Virus record (IMG/VR): IMGVR_UViG_3300009684_000058
Span: 1 to 42,333 of that record
DNA: 42,333 nucleotides
Reading direction: 5' to 3' (one strand)
DNA from: a virus
Lineage: Duplodnaviria > Caudoviricetes
Part shown: positions 36,983 through 42,333 of the stretch, one piece after another
Position numbering within the stretch: position 1 is the first letter of the stretch
Layout of the letters: the number at the start of each line of letters is the position of its first letter
The notes under the pieces: generated by a model
Told to the model about the DNA's origin: nothing
What the model saw: only the letters and a program-made list of their open reading frames with translations
Databases searched by the model: none
Made by a program: the position numbers and the translations under genes

Positions 36983-37888
36983 ATGGCTTTAATCTACGAT
37001 GCAACAGGTATAGGATTTTATGATACCGGAACCGGTGCTTTAGGTCTTCCTAAAGGATCAACTGCACAACGACCAGCCAACCCATTACAAGGTTATATGC
37101 GTTTCAATACCGATTTGAACGTGGTTGAAATTTTTGGTAACACCGCCAATACTACCAATGCAAATAACTGGGGAATCTTAACAACTTCAACATATACAGC
37201 ACAAGTATTATTAGTTGCTGCAGGTGGTGCTGGTACAGGTGGTGGCGGTGGTGGTGCCGGTGGAATGATTTACAATAGCGCACAAATTATTACATCAGGT
37301 CAAACTTTAAGTGTTGTAGTTGGCGCAGGTGGTTCTAGTAGCGGCGGCGCCACCTCGTTTAACGGCGTAACTGCTACCGGTGGTGGAGCATCTGCCACAG
37401 TAGGTGGTTCAGGTGGCGGCACCGGATGGAACGGACACAATCAATACGGATCTCCTGTATCAGGTACATCAGGTCAAGGAAATCCTGGTGGTACAGGTTA
37501 CCACAATCAAGATTGGGGTCACTCATACGGAGGTGGCGGAGGTGCCGGTGCGGCTGGTGGTGCCGGAACATCAGGACCTGGAGGCGCTAGTGGTGGTGGT
37601 GGAATAGGAGTGCAAAACTCAATTACTGGCACATCTACATACTATGCTGGCGGTGGAGGAGGAACACAAGGCGGTAGAAGCCATTACGGTGGAGGCGGCC
37701 AAGGTGGTGGATCCAGCAACGGCAACGGAACTCCAGGATTAGGTGGCGGAGGTAATAATGGCCAAGGCGGATCAGGTACCGTAATTATTGCTTATCTCGG
37801 AGCACAACGAGCTTCAGGTGGTGTTGTTACAACTTCTGGTGGATATACTATTCACACTTACACATCATCTGGTAATTATTATTCTTAA
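36983..37888 (+). CDS. Glycine-rich putative adhesin (MALIYD head), close paralogue of 36021
   Basis: AAGGA SD. Same GHNQ, GYHNQDWGHSY and HYGGGG loops. Confidence 0.8.
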   Translation: MALIYDATGIGFYDTGTGALGLPKGSTAQRPANPLQGYMRFNTDLNVVEIFGNTANTTNANNWGILTTSTYTAQVLLVAAGGAGTGGGGGGAGGMIYNSAQIITSGQTLSVVVGAGGSSSGGATSFNGVTATGGGASATVGGSGGGTGWNGHNQYGSPVSGTSGQGNPGGTGYHNQDWGHSYGGGGGAGAAGGAGTSGPGGASGGGGIGVQNSITGTSTYYAGGGGGTQGGRSHYGGGGQGGGSSNGNGTPGLGGGGNNGQGGSGTVIIAYLGAQRASGGVVTTSGGYTIHTYTSSGNYYS

Positions 37889-37896
37889 TATAAATT

Positions 37897-38433
37897 ATGG
37901 CCACAACTGAAGAACTGGCGGCCGCAGCCAATGCTGCAATTGAAGCAAGTGCCTCAGCATTAGTGGACTTAGCAAAACAAGTTGTTACATTACAGGTACA
38001 ACAAAGTGCGGCCAACATTGCTGTTAATAATCAGATAAGTATTATTACGGCACCCAATACAGATATATTTTATTTGTATTCTGACCATGGTGTGGTCAAT
38101 GTTGGTGCTGCGAATGGTGGAATTATATTTCCGACAGGAACAACGGCAGAAAGACCACTTAATCCACAAGGTGGTACAGTTCGATACAATAGTAACTCTA
38201 GTTCCTTAGAGATATATACAACTAAGTGGCAGGATGTTGGAACAGGAGCAGCAGGTGGTAGTGGAGGTGGTGCTGGTGCAATTGGTGGAGTGTTTTATGA
38301 AAACTCAAATACAATTACTTCAACCTTTACATCAACACCAGGTAAACAAGTTTATAGTGCCGGAACACTTACATTGTCCGACCCAACAGTAACAGTTACA
38401 ATTGCAAACGGTTCTATTTGGACTGTAATTTAA
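37897..38433 (+). CDS. Short adaptor-like protein (helical head, QRP domain, FYE tail domain)
   Basis: PTGTTAERP..G.VRYNS, and C-terminal GVFYENSNTITSTFT..GK...TVTIANGSIWTVI. Confidence 0.75.
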   Translation: MATTEELAAAANAAIEASASALVDLAKQVVTLQVQQSAANIAVNNQISIITAPNTDIFYLYSDHGVVNVGAANGGIIFPTGTTAERPLNPQGGTVRYNSNSSSLEIYTTKWQDVGTGAAGGSGGGAGAIGGVFYENSNTITSTFTSTPGKQVYSAGTLTLSDPTVTVTIANGSIWTVI

Positions 38434-38445
38434 AAGAGGCAAACA

Positions 38446-39480
38446 ATGGCATTAGTATTTGATTCAGTAAACGGATTTCGGGACACAGGTACCGGTGCGT
38501 TAACTTTACCTTCAGGAACAACTGCTCAAAGACCACAAAGTCCTGTTTATGGAATGATGCGTTACAATACTGATAATGCTATCATTGAATCTTATGGTCA
38601 AACTGCCAATGGTGTAGGTTGGTCTGTATTCACCAACGGAACATTTCAAGCTGAAGTATTGATGGTTGCTGGTGGCGGAGGTGGTGGCGGCGCATCTTGG
38701 TGCGGTAGTGGCGGTGGTGCAGGTGGTTATTTGTATATCAATGCACAAAATATTAATCCAGGTACAACATATCCAATCGTTATTGGTTCTGGGGGTGGTG
38801 CAGGTATTGGATCAAGTTCAAGCGGATACAACGGAGTAAATACAACCGCATTTTTACAAACTGCTATTGGTGGCGGCGCAGGAGTAATTGATTCACAAAG
38901 TGGACAACCGGGAGGATCCGGTGGCGGTGCAGCAACTTCTAATCCTAGTTATCCAGGAGGAGCAGGAACAGTAGGCCAAGGAAATGCCGGAGGTTCCGTT
39001 TCTCCTGGTGGTTACGCAGGTAATGGTCGATTTGGTGGTGGAGGCGGTGGTGCCGGTGCACCAGGAACAAATTCAAACCCAAGTAATAATGCTTCGGGTC
39101 CCGGCGGTGTAGGAATAACAACTTCAATTTCCGGCACTTCTGCAACATATGCTGGTGGTGGTGGAGGCGGCGGAGTTCAAAACGTTCACAACGCACCAAA
39201 TTATTATTCTTCCAATGGTGCCGGTGGTGCTGGTGGCGGTGGTGCGGGAGGTTATGGAATAGCAGGTTCGGCTGGCCAAGCAAACTTAGGTGGCGGCGGT
39301 GGCGGTGGTGGAAGTTATTATGACCCCACTCTCTATGGCCGTAATGGTGGTGCAGGTGGATCCGGTGTAGTTGTCATTCGATATCCAGGAGCACAGAGAG
39401 CAACAGGCGGTACGTCAGTAATAACTTCTGGTGGTTTTACTGTTCACACATTTACAGCATCAGGAAATTTTATTACTTAA
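38446..39480 (+). CDS. Glycine-rich putative adhesin (MALVFD head)
   Basis: GAGG SD. DTGTGALTLPSGTTAQRP, and a Gly-rich domain ending GGSGVVVIRY..HTFTASGNF. Confidence 0.8.
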   Translation: MALVFDSVNGFRDTGTGALTLPSGTTAQRPQSPVYGMMRYNTDNAIIESYGQTANGVGWSVFTNGTFQAEVLMVAGGGGGGGASWCGSGGGAGGYLYINAQNINPGTTYPIVIGSGGGAGIGSSSSGYNGVNTTAFLQTAIGGGAGVIDSQSGQPGGSGGGAATSNPSYPGGAGTVGQGNAGGSVSPGGYAGNGRFGGGGGGAGAPGTNSNPSNNASGPGGVGITTSISGTSATYAGGGGGGGVQNVHNAPNYYSSNGAGGAGGGGAGGYGIAGSAGQANLGGGGGGGGSYYDPTLYGRNGGAGGSGVVVIRYPGAQRATGGTSVITSGGFTVHTFTASGNFIT

Positions 39481-39499
39481 TTATTGATTGGATTTTATT

Positions 39500-40075
39500 A
39501 TGTTTAAGAATTATTATTGGTTTTGGGAAAGTGAAATAAAAGAAGAATATTTGGATAAATGGTTATCAGAATATTTTGATGAAACCAAAGTTGAAAATGC
39601 CACAATTAATGTTGATACGGCAAATAAAAAATTTGATTTAGATGAATCGATTAGAAAAACACAAATTGTTTGGGTAGAACCAGCAACAGAAATGTTTGAT
39701 ACAATTTTTAATTATATACAAACAGCAAACAAAAGTGCTGAATGGAATTTTGATTTATCTGGTATGGAAAATGTGCAGTTAGGTAGATATACTACTGGTG
39801 GTTTTTATGATTATCATATGGACACATTTGCACCAGATGAAGGTAATTGGCAACGTAAATTGAGTTGTTCGATTCAAATGACAGACCCCGATACATATGA
39901 AGGTGGGGAATTAATTTTAAAAACAGGCAAGAACGAAACGGACACACACACGTTTTCTAGGAAGCGTGGAAGTGTAATCGTGTTCCCTTCGATGGTTTAT
40001 CATAAAGTAACACCAGTAACAAGAGGTACACGGTATTCAGCAGTAGCTTGGATGCGAGGCCAAGCATTTAAATAA
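39500..40075 (+). CDS. 2OG-Fe(II) oxygenase (prolyl-4-hydroxylase/PKHD-like)
   Basis: Q..RY..G.FY.YHMD (HxD), RKLS.SIQ..DP..YEGGEL, G..IVFPS..YHKVTPVTRGTRYS.V.W (distal H and RxS). ATG 39500 with GGA SD is preferred over TTG 39488. Confidence 0.92.
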   Translation: MFKNYYWFWESEIKEEYLDKWLSEYFDETKVENATINVDTANKKFDLDESIRKTQIVWVEPATEMFDTIFNYIQTANKSAEWNFDLSGMENVQLGRYTTGGFYDYHMDTFAPDEGNWQRKLSCSIQMTDPDTYEGGELILKTGKNETDTHTFSRKRGSVIVFPSMVYHKVTPVTRGTRYSAVAWMRGQAFK

Positions 40076-40078
40076 ATA
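40071..40078 (+). promoter_or_regulatory. Late promoter AATAAATA
   Basis: Overlaps the oxygenase stop and precedes the AAGGAG SD of ORF 40110. Confidence 0.65.
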
Positions 40079-40109
40079 TAACATAGTCTATTCAAGGAGA
40101 GAAGTAAAA

Positions 40110-40523
40110 ATGGGACACTATGCAAAAGTAGTAAGCGGTGAAGTGGTTCAAGTTATTGTTGCTGAACCAGATTTCTTTAACAGTTTTGTTGACACATCAC
40201 CAGGTGAGTGGATTCAAACGTCATATAATACCCGTGGTGGTGTTCATTATGTACCAAACAGCAATCCACCAGTACCGTCAGATGACCAATCTAAAGCTTT
40301 GCGTGGAAACTATGCGGGTTTAGGGTTTACATATGACCGTGAAAAAGATGTTTTCATTCCACCAAAACCATATCCATCATGGGTATTGAATGAAACAACA
40401 ATTTCTTGGGAACCACCTAATCCTCCTGGTCCAATGCCTGATGTTTCAACAGGAACATATGCATGGGAAGAAGCAAACACTTCTTGGGTTATGATTGCTG
40501 GCCCACACATTGCTAATACTTAA
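40110..40523 (+). CDS. Conserved hypothetical protein, possible fibre chaperone or cap
   Basis: MGHYAKV..V.QVIVA...WIQTSYNT...LRGNYAG.G.TYD...D.FIPPKPYPSW.L......W.PP.P...Y.W.E....W. Strong SD and its own promoter. Confidence 0.8.
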   Translation: MGHYAKVVSGEVVQVIVAEPDFFNSFVDTSPGEWIQTSYNTRGGVHYVPNSNPPVPSDDQSKALRGNYAGLGFTYDREKDVFIPPKPYPSWVLNETTISWEPPNPPGPMPDVSTGTYAWEEANTSWVMIAGPHIANT

Positions 40524-40538
40524 TTAGTAATGGTTTAT

Positions 40539-40567
40539 AAGACCGGCTACGGCCGGTCTTTTTCTTT
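40539..40567 (+). terminator. Rho-independent terminator with a cUACGg tetraloop
   Basis: Perfect 9-bp stem AAGACCGGC-TACG-GCCGGTCTT followed by TTTCTTT. UNCG loop with a C-G closing pair, as in T4 terminators. Confidence 0.9.
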
Positions 40568-40595
40568 GGCCTATTGAAAGGCACATCCTAGGCTT

Positions 40596-40603
40596 AATAA
40601 ATA
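40596..40603 (+). promoter_or_regulatory. Late promoter AATAAATA for gp13
   Basis: Lies just after the terminator and before the GAGGA SD and ATG 40627. Confidence 0.75.
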
Positions 40604-40626
40604 CCTCATAATAAAGAGGAACAAAA

Positions 40627-41400
40627 ATGCCAACCATTTCCAACCGAGCAGATTTCAAGAATTATTGCCTACGCAGATTGGGTTTTCCTGTCATTGAATT
40701 GAACCTTGACGAGGACCAAATTGAGGACCGTATTGATGATGCGTTACAATACTGGCAAGATTACCATTTTGATGGTATGCAAAAGGTATATTACATCAAG
40801 AAAATTGGTCAAACCGAAATCAATCAAAAATACCTAGATTTAACGGATGCCAAAGATACTTCCAATAACCACATGGAAATTGTTGGCGTTACCAGAATAT
40901 TTCCGGTACAAGATAGTCAGGCAACTATCTCTATGTTTGACCTAAGATATCAACTTAGATTAAACGAACTCTACGACTTCACCTCCGCCTCTTACATCAA
41001 TTATACCTTAACAATGCAACACTTACGTTCATTAGAGTTATTATTCTCTGGAGAAGTTCCTATTCGATTCCAGAGGCATATGCAAAGGTTGTATATCGAT
41101 TGGGCGTGGGGAGCAACCGAAGCACCAGTTGGTACAGTTGTTATTGCCGAATGTTATGCGAATATTGATCCGGCAATTTACCAAAAAGTATGGAATGACC
41201 GTTGGCTAAAAGAGTATGCTACCGCTTTGATTAAGAGAACTTGGGGAAATAACCTTAAAAAGTTTTCTGGTATTCAATTGCCAGGCGGTGTTACATTAAA
41301 CGGCGATAAAATTTATGAAGAAGCTGTTGGTGAAATCGAGAAGCTTGAAACAGAGATGCAGACCGAATACGGTTCCCCGCTAGAATGGATGATGAACTAA
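40627..41400 (+). CDS. gp13: Neck protein (T4 gp13-like)
   Basis: YCLRRLGFPVIELN.D.DQ.EDRID.ALQY..DYHFDG, WNDRWLKEYATALIKR.WG.NL.KF.G.QLPGGVTLNG..IY.EA. Confidence 0.96.
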   Translation: MPTISNRADFKNYCLRRLGFPVIELNLDEDQIEDRIDDALQYWQDYHFDGMQKVYYIKKIGQTEINQKYLDLTDAKDTSNNHMEIVGVTRIFPVQDSQATISMFDLRYQLRLNELYDFTSASYINYTLTMQHLRSLELLFSGEVPIRFQRHMQRLYIDWAWGATEAPVGTVVIAECYANIDPAIYQKVWNDRWLKEYATALIKRTWGNNLKKFSGIQLPGGVTLNGDKIYEEAVGEIEKLETEMQTEYGSPLEWMMN

Positions 41401-41418
41401 TCTAGTGGTGCTCAAATT

Positions 41419-41447
41419 TCCTTTTATTATAAATAAAAATAAAAGGA
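41419..41447 (+). promoter_or_regulatory. SD-sequestering hairpin with a TATAAATA late promoter in the loop
   Basis: TCCTTTTATT(41419-41428) pairs perfectly with AATAAAAGGA(41438-41447). TATAAATA is at 41428-41435. Confidence 0.85.
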
Positions 41448-41454
41448 GTAAATT

Positions 41455-42123
41455 ATGAAAGTTTATTGTATAGAGAATAAAGTAAATGGTAAAAAATATG
41501 TTGGAATTACCCGAGGTGAAATAATTGGAAGATTTAAACAACATAAAAAATTAACAAGAAGTCAACACAAATGCCACTTACACAATGCTATGCTTACTCA
41601 TGGAATAGATAATTTTATAGTGTATGAGATTGATGAAGCCAATAACAATGAAGAACTATTTGAAAAAGAAAAGCATTGGATTAAAGTTTTAGATACCAAA
41701 AATAATGGATACAATGAAACGGATGGTGGTGAAGGTTCTTGGGGATGGAAACCAACCGAAGAGCAAAGAAAAAATAATAGTGAAAGAATTAAAAAATATT
41801 ATTTAAATAATCCAGATGCTAAAAAACATTTGGCTAATAAAAGTAAAGAACAATGGAATAATCTTTCAGATGATGAAAGAAATAAAAAGATAGAACAATT
41901 TAATAAAAATAAAATTGGCAACAAAAACGCAAAAGGTAAAACTTGGAGTTTATCCAAAGAAACCAAAGAAAAAATAAGTGCAGCCAAAAAAGGTTATAAG
42001 ATGTCAGATGAAACCAAAAAGAAGCTTAGTGAAAAAGCCCAACTCCGGACTGGTAGAGTGTGCTCATTGGAAACAAAAGAGAAAATGAGATTATCTGCAT
42101 TAAACCGAAAGGTAGGTACCTAA
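41455..42123 (+). mobile_element. Free-standing GIY-YIG homing endonuclease with NUMOD3 repeats (Seg/I-TevI-like)
   Basis: KVYCIEN..NGKKYVGIT..RFKQH..LHNAM..HG.DNF...E..WI..L.T..NGYN.T.GGEG, then SKETKEKIS / SDETKKKLS / SLETKEKMR repeats. Lies between gp13 and gp14. Confidence 0.92.
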
Positions 42124-42124
42124 A

Positions 42125-42333
42125 ATTCCAACGAATCTATATTTTAATAACTATAAAGCTCACGGCGAGCAAAACCTCGTTGAGGATTTAATCGTTGAAA
42201 GTATAAAAATTCTTGGATTCGATGCGTTTTATCTTCCTAATGATAATGATGCAGCTAGAGATTTACTCTATGGTGAAGATCCGGTTAAAAAGTTTCAATC
42301 AGCATTTCCTTTGGAGATGTATCTTTCTTCTGA
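42125..42333 (+). CDS. gp14: Neck protein (T4 gp14-like), 5' part, apparent ATT start
   Basis: Not in the ORF track. Manual translation gives (I/M)PTNLYFNNYKAHGEQNLVEDLIVESIKILGFDAFYLP...DLLYGEDPVKKFQSAFPLEMYL, a typical gp14 N-terminus. Confidence 0.9.
   Translation, partial: MPTNLYFNNYKAHGEQNLVEDLIVESIKILGFDAFYLPNDNDAARDLLYGEDPVKKFQSAFPLEMYLSS

Noticed and set aside
36400-37700. Diversity-generating retroelement (TR/VR pair), suggested by near-identical repeats and Mtd_N-like domains
   Set aside because: No reverse transcriptase in the window. Both copies lie inside intact ORFs, and the mismatches inspected are mostly synonymous changes such as C/T, not adenine-specific.
29949-39283. Many short alternative-frame and antisense ORFs in the Gly-rich array (His/Pro-rich or Val/Glu-rich)
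   Set aside because: Shadows of GGN codon runs that suppress stops in other frames. They have no SD or promoter and overlap well-supported genes.
42113-42115. TAG stop-codon reassignment as the explanation for the gp14 start
   Set aside because: All long genes in the window translate full-length in the standard code with no internal TAG, so there is no support for recoding.
41401-42124. Group I intron carrying the GIY-YIG gene
   Set aside because: gp13 ends normally and gp14 begins 1 nt after the endonuclease stop. The 54 nt upstream cannot hold an intron core, so the gene is free-standing.

Overview
This 42.3 kb AT-rich window is the virion-morphogenesis module of a large T4-like myophage, with the gene order seen in aquatic T4-like phages. 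On the minus strand are gp2 (partial) and gp4. On the plus strand are gp48, gp53, a hub protein, a gp5 split over three ORFs, gp25, gp6, gp7, an inserted fibre gene, gp8 and a 2108-aa VrlC-like protein. Where T4 has gp9-gp12/wac, about 19 kb of fibre and adhesin genes follow, ending at a cUACGg terminator. After that come gp13, a free-standing GIY-YIG homing endonuclease and the start of gp14. The most interesting signal is in the fibre block. About 18 genes reuse a small set of modules and short terminal peptides: Mtd_N-like heads with C-terminal DGGxF tails, ATAGQ domains with MxKxRNLA heads, FYE tails with MALxxD heads, and gp10-like domains. I infer a plug-and-socket code for building a branched receptor-binding tree tipped by eight paralogous glycine-rich adhesins, next to a 2OG-Fe(II) oxygenase. 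Other points of note are a gp14 that appears to have only an ATT start available, late promoters placed to give leaderless mRNAs, a nuclease-less NUMOD3 mini-gene with a structured leader, and an unexplained structured intergenic element. All family calls come from recognising motifs by eye. No searches were run.
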